Positions 21,602 to 31,081 of a stretch of DNA of 64,000 nt are shown piece after piece. Origin of the DNA: a virus; IMG/VR virus record IMGVR_UViG_3300025668_000745, positions 20,644 to 84,643 of that record. The stretch is one strand, 5' to 3'. Positions within the stretch are counted from its first letter, which is position 1. Every line of letters begins with the position of its first letter. The position numbers and the translations under genes are program-made. Under the pieces are notes generated by a model that was not told the DNA's origin, searched no databases, and was given only the letters and a program-made list of their open reading frames with translations.

Positions 21602-22484
21602 AGAATTTTTACATGGATTACAAGAATATAGTGAATTTAAGACAGAAGGTTCGGTTGCACGAAATGTAAAATCTTTCTTAGATATCCTATATGCAGAGGA
21701 TCAAAAGTCTGCTTTTGTTAATCATTTCTTACCAAAAGATCTTGCAAATATTTACGGATCTGATAATTTTGAGCAAGACCTTATTGTATATCTTTTAAAT
21801 AATTATGAAGGCAACGATACTCGTTATTTTAGATTTATTAAGGACTTTATCAAAAAAGATAAAGACATGAATATACTCTCAGATGCATTAAGTAGAAGCC
21901 AAATCAAGAGTAAGATATGGTTAGTAAATGAGCTTGAAAAAATATCTAATCATTATGGCAATGTTGTACTATTAGCTGGTTGGTACGGACAGTTAGTTGA
22001 GTTGTTTGGAGATAGTGTAGACAAGATTACATTTAAAAAATTTAGAAACGTTGAAATTGATATAGATGCATGTAATGAAAGTGACTATAATTTTAACTTA
22101 CGTCGAATAGATGATTACAAAGTAAAATCTATACACGGCGATATTAATAATCTTAATCTGCACGGAAGCGGATATCAGTGGGACGTAGAAAATTTTAAAA
22201 CTGAAGAAAAATATAATGAGCAATTTTACCCAGACCTAATTATAAACACAAGTGCTGAACATATGACAACTGAATGGTTTAATCAAATTAGATTTAACCC
22301 TTGGAAAGATCATAAACCTATTGTTGCTATACAAAGTAATAATTATTTTGACTTAGAAGAACACGTAAATTGCGTACATAGTATTAATCATATGAAAAAA
22401 CTATTTCCTATGAGTAAAATATTATATGAAGGTGAATTACAACTTAAAGGTTATAAGAGAGTTATGTTGATCGGTGAAGCATAA
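21585..22484 (+). CDS. Class I SAM-dependent methyltransferase-like protein
   Basis: VVLLAGWYG motif-I-like glycine loop, acidic VEIDID after strand 2, DLIINTSAEH. Confidence 0.55.
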   Translation: MSITNKEFLHGLQEYSEFKTEGSVARNVKSFLDILYAEDQKSAFVNHFLPKDLANIYGSDNFEQDLIVYLLNNYEGNDTRYFRFIKDFIKKDKDMNILSDALSRSQIKSKIWLVNELEKISNHYGNVVLLAGWYGQLVELFGDSVDKITFKKFRNVEIDIDACNESDYNFNLRRIDDYKVKSIHGDINNLNLHGSGYQWDVENFKTEEKYNEQFYPDLIINTSAEHMTTEWFNQIRFNPWKDHKPIVAIQSNNYFDLEEHVNCVHSINHMKKLFPMSKILYEGELQLKGYKRVMLIGEA

Positions 22485-23158
22485 TGAAACGAATACTATG
22501 TATCGGCGACAGTCATACTGCTGGACATAATAGACGCACTAACGTATCTGGCCCTGACGATATTGTAACTCCTAAGAATTGGTCAGCCTATTTACAAAAA
22601 ACATTTCGTAATTCAGAAGTTTGGAATTTATCATTATCAGGTTCAAACAACTTTTTCTCTGGTATAATACTTGATAGTTTTTTAGAAACTTATACTCCTG
22701 ATGTAGTAATTTATCAGATATCTGATCATAGAAGATTTATAAAAATAAAACGTACAACTAAATTAAATTTATTAGAAAGTACAAATTGTGTTGCTCCTAA
22801 TTATTATGCATTACAAAGACGACCTTTCCCCTTTGGAATGATGGTTAGTCCACAGAGCTTTTCATCTGCATCACGTAAAGAGATAATTCGGCTGTATACA
22901 GCGTTATCTGATGACGACATTGTATATTTAAATAGTATTGCAGTAGAAAGGAATCTTCTAAAATTACAGAATATTCCACATTACGCATTTTATTGGCGCA
23001 AAGAAGATGCTGTTATTACAGGCTACGACAGTGTAGATGATATATTAGGATCACAATTTCATAGTTTTGTTGAAGACAACGGATGTCACTTAAATACTAC
23101 AGGACACGGACTTGTTTACAATAACATTATTCATACAAAGGTAGTAAACTTACTATGA
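22484..23158 (+). CDS. SGNH/GDSL hydrolase-like protein
   Basis: ILCIGDSHTAG (block I), NLSLSGS (block II), C-terminal DNGCHL..GH. Confidence 0.7.
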   Translation: MKRILCIGDSHTAGHNRRTNVSGPDDIVTPKNWSAYLQKTFRNSEVWNLSLSGSNNFFSGIILDSFLETYTPDVVIYQISDHRRFIKIKRTTKLNLLESTNCVAPNYYALQRRPFPFGMMVSPQSFSSASRKEIIRLYTALSDDDIVYLNSIAVERNLLKLQNIPHYAFYWRKEDAVITGYDSVDDILGSQFHSFVEDNGCHLNTTGHGLVYNNIIHTKVVNLL

Positions 23159-23382
23159 TAGATTTAAAAGATCTCCCTGTTAGGGAATTACAAAAAGAAA
23201 GTGCAAGAGCTCTAAGTACAATACAAGCAACTAACAATAATATTTGGCAGTTTAATAAAAAAGCTCATCACAATAGTCATAATTGGTATTGTGCTGTAAT
23301 AGACTGGTATATTGATCAATATGGAGATTTGCCCAGTAAAGCAGGCCCTGGTAAAGATGTAAAATTGGTGTTAGATGTATGA
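23155..23382 (+). CDS. Small hypothetical protein
   Basis: 75 aa with 4-nt overlaps on both sides. Confidence 0.65.
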   Translation: MIDLKDLPVRELQKESARALSTIQATNNNIWQFNKKAHHNSHNWYCAVIDWYIDQYGDLPSKAGPGKDVKLVLDV

Positions 23383-24011
23383 GAAAAAATGTATTCTGTT
23401 TTGGATGCAGCTTTACTAACGGTATCCATTTTGCCCAAAAAGACTGGAGAGCTTCATATCCGTATCAGCTATCTCTACTCATGCCGGACGTAGATGTTTA
23501 TAATCTTGGGGTATCTGGTGGAAATAATATACTGAATGATATGATAATAAAAAAAGCACTTGAGGAGTATTCCGTAGATTTTTCTATTGTACAGTTTACA
23601 TTTCCAAATAGATTTTATATTTCGTTATCTGATAGTTCTGAAAAAATAGGTATTAGGTACGGGGTTAAGCAGCTAAGTGATAATTATTACTTGTTATCCA
23701 AAGAGTACATAGCAGAATATTTTAATATTTTTACGCCAAGCTACTTGAAAAGCAATGTTCAAAGGATTAAGCAACTGTATAAATTACTACCAAAAAGACA
23801 AATAGCTCATATAAATGAAACAGCTTATTTGTCAACATTATATAGATTAAAAGACTTGCATCATTATACTTGGTCTTGGAACGAAGACACGTTAGGCACT
23901 AATGTAGTACCTAATAGCCTAAAATTAGAAAAATTTGATGACGGTACTGGACATTTGACTCAAAAAGGTAATCGGGTACTTGCAGGCTATTTAAAAGGTG
24001 AAATAGCATAA
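23379..24011 (+). CDS. SGNH/GDSL hydrolase-like protein
   Basis: VFCFGCSFTNG, NLGVSGG, C-terminal DGTGHL..GN. Confidence 0.65.
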   Translation: MRKNVFCFGCSFTNGIHFAQKDWRASYPYQLSLLMPDVDVYNLGVSGGNNILNDMIIKKALEEYSVDFSIVQFTFPNRFYISLSDSSEKIGIRYGVKQLSDNYYLLSKEYIAEYFNIFTPSYLKSNVQRIKQLYKLLPKRQIAHINETAYLSTLYRLKDLHHYTWSWNEDTLGTNVVPNSLKLEKFDDGTGHLTQKGNRVLAGYLKGEIA

Positions 24012-25094
24012 ATGTATAGATACGAAGACATCAAAGAAGTACACTTAGAAATTACGCAAAAGTGTCAAGCGGCCTGTCCTATGTGCGATCGTAACATGAA
24101 TGGCGGAGATGATAATCCTCATATTACAAATGCAGAACTTAGTTTAGAAGATGCAAAAAGAATGTTTAGTCCTGCTTTTATAAAGCAATTAAATGTTATG
24201 TATATGTGCGGCAACTTAGGAGATCCTATTGTTGCTAAAGATACGCTTGAAGTATTCAAATATTTCCGCGAACATAACGATAAGATATGGTTGAGCATGA
24301 ATACTAATGCTGGAGCCAAGAGTGCTGAATGGTGGACAGAACTTGCAGGAGTTATTGGTCGCAAGGGAGCAGTAATTTTTAGTGTAGACGGTTTAAAGGA
24401 TACAAATCATTTATATCGACAGAACGTTGTTTGGAATAATGTTGAACGTAACATGCGAGCATTTATTAATGCTGGAGGCAGAGCCCGTTGGGACTTCTTA
24501 ATTTTTGCACACAATGAACATCAAGTAGATGAAGCAGAAGCACTTGCTACTCAGTGGGGATGTGAAAAGTTTATCAAGAAAAAATCAGGTAGATTTATTA
24601 CAAGTGATATTAAACCTAAAACATCTCATCAAGCAATAAATCGTAAAGGGGCTGAAACACAAAACTTAGCACAGCCTAAAGATGAAAAGAATAAAAACAT
24701 AGCACTACTAAAACAAAAAGAAATTGAAAAGTCTTATGGTAGTATGAAAGAGTATTTAGATAAGTGCAGTATTACTTGTAAAGTTGCAAACCAAGGAAGT
24801 ATTTTTGTAACAGCAGAAGGACTTTTAATGCCGTGTTGTTGGACTGCTGGACGTATGTACAAATGGTGGCATGCAGATCCCCGTGTAGAACAGGTATGGG
24901 ATCATATAGATAATGCTGGCGGAAAACAAGGCATAAGTATTATAGACAATGACATTAAACACGTGGTTAATGGAAAATTAATAGATAGTATCACTGCAAG
25001 TTGGCAAAAAAATAGTATTGCTGACGGAAAACTTGGCGTTTGCGCTCAAAAATGCGGTAGTGAATTTGACCCGTATAAGGAGCAATTTGTATGA
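24012..25094 (+). CDS. Radical SAM protein with C-terminal SPASM/twitch domain
   Basis: CQAACPMC; CGNLGDP; FSVDG; C-terminal C..SIFVTAEG..PCCW..CAQKC. Confidence 0.9.
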   Translation: MYRYEDIKEVHLEITQKCQAACPMCDRNMNGGDDNPHITNAELSLEDAKRMFSPAFIKQLNVMYMCGNLGDPIVAKDTLEVFKYFREHNDKIWLSMNTNAGAKSAEWWTELAGVIGRKGAVIFSVDGLKDTNHLYRQNVVWNNVERNMRAFINAGGRARWDFLIFAHNEHQVDEAEALATQWGCEKFIKKKSGRFITSDIKPKTSHQAINRKGAETQNLAQPKDEKNKNIALLKQKEIEKSYGSMKEYLDKCSITCKVANQGSIFVTAEGLLMPCCWTAGRMYKWWHADPRVEQVWDHIDNAGGKQGISIIDNDIKHVVNGKLIDSITASWQKNSIADGKLGVCAQKCGSEFDPYKEQFV

Positions 25095-25807
25095 TATACG
25101 TAGGCGGCGACAGCTATGCATATGGATCAGAATTATTAGATATATCAAATCGTTTTGGTGATATTGTATCAGATGCTATGGGAACAACAAATCAAAACGA
25201 TGCAATAGGCGGCGCAAGTAATCAAAGAATTTACCGTAAATTTTTTGAAGCGTTTGATCCTAATAAATTTTCACATGTAATTTTAGGATGGACTGGCCTA
25301 AACAGATTTGAACATTATTCTGTCTTTGATCAAGATTATGACGGTTATAGAAGAATAACTGCACATCGATTACTTCCTTCTAACAAACATGAAGATTACA
25401 TAGATGAAAAACTTAGAAAAAGAATCGCAAAATTGCGAGATGATGTAAAGGTATCTAAAGAAAATAAAGTATTATTGCAGTACATGGCTAATGTACGTAC
25501 TGACAGAGTTATACATGCTGAAATTTTAAATATGATACTGCAAGTACAAAGGATGTGTAAATATACTGACACAAAATTATGCATGTTTTTTGGAGTACAG
25601 AATAATATCATAAAATTCAATGAATTAATAACAGATCATTTAATGTACAATAGTGTAGACTGGAATGATACATGGCTTTATCAACCAGATTATTCTTTAC
25701 AGGAATGTATGAATGATTTAAAATTACCAATAGGCCCAGGGAAACACTTTTTAGAAGAAGGCCATCAAGTTGCTGCTGACAAAATATTGGAGCATTTTAG
25801 TGTCTGA
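25091..25807 (+). CDS. SGNH hydrolase-like protein
   Basis: IYVGGDSYAYG, GGASNQRI, GPGKHFLEEGH. Confidence 0.65.
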   Translation: MIYVGGDSYAYGSELLDISNRFGDIVSDAMGTTNQNDAIGGASNQRIYRKFFEAFDPNKFSHVILGWTGLNRFEHYSVFDQDYDGYRRITAHRLLPSNKHEDYIDEKLRKRIAKLRDDVKVSKENKVLLQYMANVRTDRVIHAEILNMILQVQRMCKYTDTKLCMFFGVQNNIIKFNELITDHLMYNSVDWNDTWLYQPDYSLQECMNDLKLPIGPGKHFLEEGHQVAADKILEHFSV

Positions 25808-26435
25808 TAAATGTTTTCAACTTTCAATCTCAACGTATTGTCAAGCTAAATGTCGTAGTTGCTTACGTACCAATAGCGAAACAGGTGAGCCGGAAGATTG
25901 GCTTACGCCTACACATATGAGCGTAGAAGCAGTACAAAATTTAGTATCTGGCGATTATTTTAAAAAGAACAAACTGGGATATTTACTTCTTTGCGGAGAA
26001 TTAGGTGATCCAATGATGCATCCTAATATAGATAAAATTTTAGATATTACTCTTGCTGTTGTTCCTCGAGTAGAACTTTCGACAAACGGCGGCCTGCGTC
26101 AACCAGAATGGTATGCAAAGACAGCGCAAAAATATGGAAGTCGTATTCATATTAAATGGGCAATAGACGGCACTGACCATGAGACAAATTGGAAATATAG
26201 AGAAGGTGTTGACTATTATCGAGCAATGGATAATATGAAAGCATGGATTGAAAACGGTGGTAACGGTGATTGGCATTATTTAATTTTTGAGTGGAACTGG
26301 AAACAAGTAAAAACAGCTAAACAAATAGCTAAAGATATAGGGATTGAAATACTATTTAAAATAAACAACAGGCCGTTTGGGTTAATTGATCCACTTCATA
26401 AACGTAAAGTAATGGAGGAATTGACCAATGGCTAA
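25800..26435 (+). CDS. Radical SAM core only (no auxiliary domain)
   Basis: CQAKCRSC, CGELGDP, STNGG, WAIDG. GTG start at 25800 after SD GGAG; ends right after the barrel. Confidence 0.85.
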   Translation: MSDKCFQLSISTYCQAKCRSCLRTNSETGEPEDWLTPTHMSVEAVQNLVSGDYFKKNKLGYLLLCGELGDPMMHPNIDKILDITLAVVPRVELSTNGGLRQPEWYAKTAQKYGSRIHIKWAIDGTDHETNWKYREGVDYYRAMDNMKAWIENGGNGDWHYLIFEWNWKQVKTAKQIAKDIGIEILFKINNRPFGLIDPLHKRKVMEELTNG

Positions 26436-26820
26436 ACAGCAAAAGATTATGTGTATGTTTCATGATGGCGCTCGAAGTGAATACGATATAACTGTTGACG
26501 GTAGAGTGTGGCCGTGTTGTAAATTTGTAAATGTAATAACAAAGATCGAAGCCGGATTGCAAAAAAAAGGTGCTCTTGACGGAGACGACTATTTTTTTAA
26601 ATTACAAAAAGATGACCCTAATTGGAATAGTTTAGAACATCATTCATTAGACGAAATATTAGATCATGATTATTTTTCTACATATGTAAACAATGAAGGA
26701 TGGGAAAGTGGAAACACCAGCGTATTGTGTAAAAAACGATGTACGGCAAATATGCACCAAGACGGAACTTATACATATGTAGCAGATACAAGTAACAAAA
26801 TACATAAGAGGATAAAATAA
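26428..26820 (+). CDS. Stand-alone SPASM/twitch Fe-S domain protein
   Basis: C..ITVDGRVWPCC..NSL..SLDEIL..CKKRC matches the C-termini of 24012 and 34882; has its own SD GGAGG. Confidence 0.75.
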   Translation: MAKQQKIMCMFHDGARSEYDITVDGRVWPCCKFVNVITKIEAGLQKKGALDGDDYFFKLQKDDPNWNSLEHHSLDEILDHDYFSTYVNNEGWESGNTSVLCKKRCTANMHQDGTYTYVADTSNKIHKRIK

Positions 26821-26821
26821 A

Positions 26822-27571
26822 ATGATATATGTAGGCGGGGACAGTTATACATACGGAATTGAATTAAATAATCCTCTGAAAGGTCGATATTCTTTTTTGA
26901 TGCAACAAAAATTAAAAATGTCTGTAGTAAATGATTCTTGGGGCGGAGCAAGTAATGACAGGATAGCCAGAAAATTTTTAGAGTTTATGAGCGGTCATAA
27001 AGTAAAACCTGACTTGGTGTTTATTATGTGGGCTCCTATTACAAGATCAGAGCAGTATGCTCCTGAGGAGGATATGTGGGAGGAAAGAGACGGATTTAGA
27101 CAAGTAAGATCGCCTGATATTTTTTTACCTGCCAAAGGTAAGCCGACAAAAAAACAACTACACTGGCGCCGATCTCTTAGTCAGTTAAGTGCTACGCAAA
27201 AATGGTGGCTTAATATATTTGACCAAAAAGGAGCAATTGATAGTTATATTAGAAATATAATGATAGTTCAAACTGTTTGTCGTGCAGGAAATATACCGTT
27301 TATTATGACTAATTGTAATTCTTCAATGACACTCAAACAACTTGATGATTTTGTAAGTCGTAATAGAAAAGTAGAAAACTACACACAACAACGAGTAAAT
27401 CTCATTGATAGTAGTAACTGGTTATTTGATAAAACATGGTCTTTTGCTGAATGGGCAAAAGATAACGAATATCCAATAGGTCCACAACATCATCCGTTAG
27501 AGGAAGCACATATAAACTTTGCTAATATATTAACAGACAAAGTTAAGGAGAGATTAAATGCCTCCGATTAA
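26822..27571 (+). CDS. SGNH hydrolase-like protein (paralog of 25091)
   Basis: IYVGGDSYTYG, GGASNDRI, GPQHHPLEEAH. Confidence 0.65.
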   Translation: MIYVGGDSYTYGIELNNPLKGRYSFLMQQKLKMSVVNDSWGGASNDRIARKFLEFMSGHKVKPDLVFIMWAPITRSEQYAPEEDMWEERDGFRQVRSPDIFLPAKGKPTKKQLHWRRSLSQLSATQKWWLNIFDQKGAIDSYIRNIMIVQTVCRAGNIPFIMTNCNSSMTLKQLDDFVSRNRKVENYTQQRVNLIDSSNWLFDKTWSFAEWAKDNEYPIGPQHHPLEEAHINFANILTDKVKERLNASD

Positions 27572-28772
27572 ATGCTTCTTTGCAAAAAATGCAATTAATT
27601 ACAAGCCCAATGATAGAATAACTGCGTGTCCCAGAGGTCACGGATCTTTGGCTAAAATTAGTGACTCGGTAAAACCAAGTGATTTTTTAAATAACGAAGG
27701 ATTTAGAAATCTTAGGAAAACTTTACAAGATGGTGAATGGGATACATCGCATTGTGATACTTGTATGGAAAGAGAACAACGAAATATCACAAGTATGCGT
27801 CAAAACATTAACTCTGAATTTAATCCTAACACTAAAATTAATGCAAACGGCAAAGTGCGTTATAGAGAATTAAAATTTATAGAGCTTAGATTCAGTAATA
27901 CTTGTAACTTATGCTGTTTGCATTGTGGCCCCGATTACAGCAGTCAATGGGCATCACTTATAAAAAATAATCCCTTACAAAAAGATGACGTTGCTCATAA
28001 TATTAGAGGATGGGTTAATCCGAGTAAAAATACAAATTGGACAAGTAAGCAAGTAAGAGACTTTGTAGAAGACTTAAATAGAAACTTTCCAAATGTTGAA
28101 AGATTTGATATTGCCGGCGGCGAGCCATTGTATCAAAAACAATTTTGGCTATTTTTAGATTTAATAAAAGACCATCCTAACATAAAACGTATGACTATTA
28201 GTATTACTTCTAACTTTAATGTTGACATTAATTATAAAGATTTTGCTAAAAAACTTAATAAATTTAAATGTGCAAATGTGCGAATAAGTTTAGATGCTGG
28301 AAAAAACTTGTACGATTATTTTAGAGGCGGCAGCTGGGAAAAAGTAGAAGACAATATAAAACAGTTTAACAAAACCAGAAGGAATACACAATTAGAGGTT
28401 ACAAATACAATCGGAGTTCATCAAATTTTAGATCTTGAGGATGTAATTGTAAGTATGTTAGAACTTCCGGTTGACAAGTTACATCATAGTATTATACAAT
28501 ATCCTGACTATTTAAGTCCGCACGTATTTGAATCTAATAATCAAAGAGTCATTGATGAAATTGATAGGGCTAAAGCAGCAATTAATTGTTATAAAAGTGA
28601 TATAAAATACGTTAGCGCTCATAGAATGATTAAATCACTTGAAAAGGAGTATAGTAACTCAAAGTATAAATCTACTTTACTAAAAAGTTTTCAATACTAT
28701 ACTAATAAAATGGATAAAATTAAAAATACAAATTTTGAATCAGTGTTTGGATATAAAATAGATGAACTCTAA
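27558..28772 (+). CDS. N-terminal twitch-domain radical SAM protein
   Basis: N-terminal C..C..CDTC precedes ELRFSNTCNLCCLHC; AGGEP; ISLD. Confidence 0.88.
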   Translation: MPPIKCFFAKNAINYKPNDRITACPRGHGSLAKISDSVKPSDFLNNEGFRNLRKTLQDGEWDTSHCDTCMEREQRNITSMRQNINSEFNPNTKINANGKVRYRELKFIELRFSNTCNLCCLHCGPDYSSQWASLIKNNPLQKDDVAHNIRGWVNPSKNTNWTSKQVRDFVEDLNRNFPNVERFDIAGGEPLYQKQFWLFLDLIKDHPNIKRMTISITSNFNVDINYKDFAKKLNKFKCANVRISLDAGKNLYDYFRGGSWEKVEDNIKQFNKTRRNTQLEVTNTIGVHQILDLEDVIVSMLELPVDKLHHSIIQYPDYLSPHVFESNNQRVIDEIDRAKAAINCYKSDIKYVSAHRMIKSLEKEYSNSKYKSTLLKSFQYYTNKMDKIKNTNFESVFGYKIDEL

Positions 28773-29856
28773 CTATTGTGTCCTTCCTTTTGTTCATAGT
28801 TGTACAAATGTAGGCGGCAGAAATAAACCTTGCTGTAGATTTTCTGACCAAAGTTATAACGATCAAGTTAGTCCGTTAGATTATTTCAATGGAGATAAGA
28901 TAAATTTACTTAGAAATAAAATGCTTAACGGAGAAATAATAAAAGGATGCGACAAGTGTCACGCAGAAGAGTCGTTAGGTAAACAAAGTTATAGGCAACG
29001 GTCAAACAATCAATATAAAGAATATATTGACAAACAACCTACTTTAAAATTTATCGAAATTGGACTAAGCAATGCCTGTAATTTTGGATGTGTAACTTGT
29101 GATGCAGCATATAGCACAACTTGGTGGCAGGATATTGATGATGTAAATGCTATAGGCGCTAATAAAGCAAAACCTAATCAAAAAGTTGTATACACAGATA
29201 GTAAGTTTAATGACTTTTCTAATATAGATAGAATAAAAATATTAGGCGGCGAACCATTTATGGAGCCGAGAAACTTAGAGTTTTTAAAAAAATGTAATTT
29301 AAAAAATATCGAATTAGAACTTGTTACAAATGGTAGCATTTTGCCAAACAATGAGTGGCAAGAAATATTGCAACAACTAAAATATGTAAACTTAGATATA
29401 AGTTTAGACGGCCATGGTGAAATTGCCGAGTATGTGCGTTATGGAACAAACTGGAAAAAATTAGAATCTAATATTAATTGGTGGAAACAGTGGTGGAGCA
29501 ATAATAACAATATCACTATAAAAAGTCATTTTGTAGTTCATGCTCTAAATGCATTTGATTTACATAATTATTTAGAATGGCAAAAAAAGTTTAAATGGAA
29601 AACTACGTTTGATATACTACAAATGCCAGAATATTTAAATATTAAAATTCTGCCAACAGAAATGAAGAAAGAAATTTTAGAAAAGGTAGATATTAAGAAT
29701 GTTACAAACTATTTAACTAAGCATATGAACATTTTTGACAAGGACCAGTGTAGTCTGCTAACTAACTATGTTAGTGTTTTAAATAAAAAACGTAATCATG
29801 ACTTACAACAAATTAACAAACTAATGGATAGACTTAATGAAGCAACCAACAGATAG
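28762..29856 (+). CDS. N-terminal twitch-domain radical SAM protein
   Basis: YCVLPF..PCC..CDKC, then CNFGCVTC; GGEP; TNG; SLDG; YVRYG. Confidence 0.9.
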   Translation: MNSNYCVLPFVHSCTNVGGRNKPCCRFSDQSYNDQVSPLDYFNGDKINLLRNKMLNGEIIKGCDKCHAEESLGKQSYRQRSNNQYKEYIDKQPTLKFIEIGLSNACNFGCVTCDAAYSTTWWQDIDDVNAIGANKAKPNQKVVYTDSKFNDFSNIDRIKILGGEPFMEPRNLEFLKKCNLKNIELELVTNGSILPNNEWQEILQQLKYVNLDISLDGHGEIAEYVRYGTNWKKLESNINWWKQWWSNNNNITIKSHFVVHALNAFDLHNYLEWQKKFKWKTTFDILQMPEYLNIKILPTEMKKEILEKVDIKNVTNYLTKHMNIFDKDQCSLLTNYVSVLNKKRNHDLQQINKLMDRLNEATNR

Positions 29857-31081
29857 TAAAACTTTTTGTATTTTACCTTGGATACATGTGAATGGTAGTG
29901 TCGGCGGAGGTTATCGACCATGCTGTAATAGTGAAAGTTATTTTGATTTTAAAGACGACAACAACAGTATCAAACAAGCGTTTGAAAGCAACAGTATGGA
30001 CGAAATCCGCCAGTTTATGCAGCAGGAAAAAGAACATCCTGCATGTGAAGTTTGCTATTCAAGAGAGCGCAATAATGGATTAAGTTTTCGACATACATAC
30101 ACAGTTGATAAGTTTAAAGAATTTGTAGATCCGAATGCAGACGAAAAAATAAAATATTTAGACTTACGTTTTGATAACACTTGTAATCTTGCTTGTAGAA
30201 TGTGTGATCCAAGTAGTAGTAATCAGTTATATAGTAGTATCGAATGGTATAGGCAAGAGGATAAACCACTACCAGAACACTGGAAAGGGTTTACTAATTA
30301 TAAACAAAAAGATCAAACACAGATTAGTGCAAATCGTAAAGACTATGTAATAGAATTATTACCGGGTATAGAAGTTTTAAAAGTAACTGGCGGCGAACCT
30401 TTTATTAGCAAGGATTTTTTAGAAGTATTAGATCATGCAATTGAAAATGATTATGCAAAAAATATTAGATTGCTAATAACTACAAATGGCACTAAGTTTG
30501 TAAAGGCAGTTTTACAACGTCTTAAACATTTTAAGGGCGTTGACATGAATGTAAGTGTTGACGGAACCAGTCATGTGTATGACTATGTTAGATATCCTTT
30601 TACATGGAATAAATGGAATGATAGATTCTTAGAGTTTTTAAATTTTGCTGATGAAAACGAAATGTATAAAAACAAATACTTTCGAATTCGAACAAGTACA
30701 GTTGTTACAATGTACAATTGGTTGAATTGTCCAGAGCTATATACACATTTGAAATCTTATACTGAACAATTTCCGTGGTTAATTAATAAAAATTATATAC
30801 CACGTATAGATTTTAATTTAAATCTGCGCCCAAAAGATAGTGAAATGTCGGCCAAGTGGTTACCTAATAACATTTTAGATAAGGGTTTAGAGTTATGGCA
30901 GCACACTGATTGTAGACAATATAAAGAATTTGAAAAGTATGTAGTTAATGCAAAAAAACTAAGTTCAGACGATAAAAATCTTTATCGAGAAAAAATTAAA
31001 TACACTACTACGACATTAGACAAACAGCGGAAACAAACTTTTGCTGTATTAGATAGCGAGATTGTTAAATGGCTAAAATAG
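29837..31081 (+). CDS. N-terminal twitch-domain radical SAM protein
   Basis: FCILPW..PCC..CEVC; DLRFDNTCNLACRMC; GGEP; SVDG. Confidence 0.9.
   Translation: MKQPTDSKTFCILPWIHVNGSVGGGYRPCCNSESYFDFKDDNNSIKQAFESNSMDEIRQFMQQEKEHPACEVCYSRERNNGLSFRHTYTVDKFKEFVDPNADEKIKYLDLRFDNTCNLACRMCDPSSSNQLYSSIEWYRQEDKPLPEHWKGFTNYKQKDQTQISANRKDYVIELLPGIEVLKVTGGEPFISKDFLEVLDHAIENDYAKNIRLLITTNGTKFVKAVLQRLKHFKGVDMNVSVDGTSHVYDYVRYPFTWNKWNDRFLEFLNFADENEMYKNKYFRIRTSTVVTMYNWLNCPELYTHLKSYTEQFPWLINKNYIPRIDFNLNLRPKDSEMSAKWLPNNILDKGLELWQHTDCRQYKEFEKYVVNAKKLSSDDKNLYREKIKYTTTTLDKQRKQTFAVLDSEIVKWLK

Noticed and set aside
23155-23382. 75-aa ORF as a RiPP precursor for the radical SAM/SPASM enzymes
   Set aside because: Looks like a small folded helical protein, with no leader/core pattern or repeated cores, and no PqqD/RRE, peptidase or transporter recognised in the island. 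Not fully excluded.
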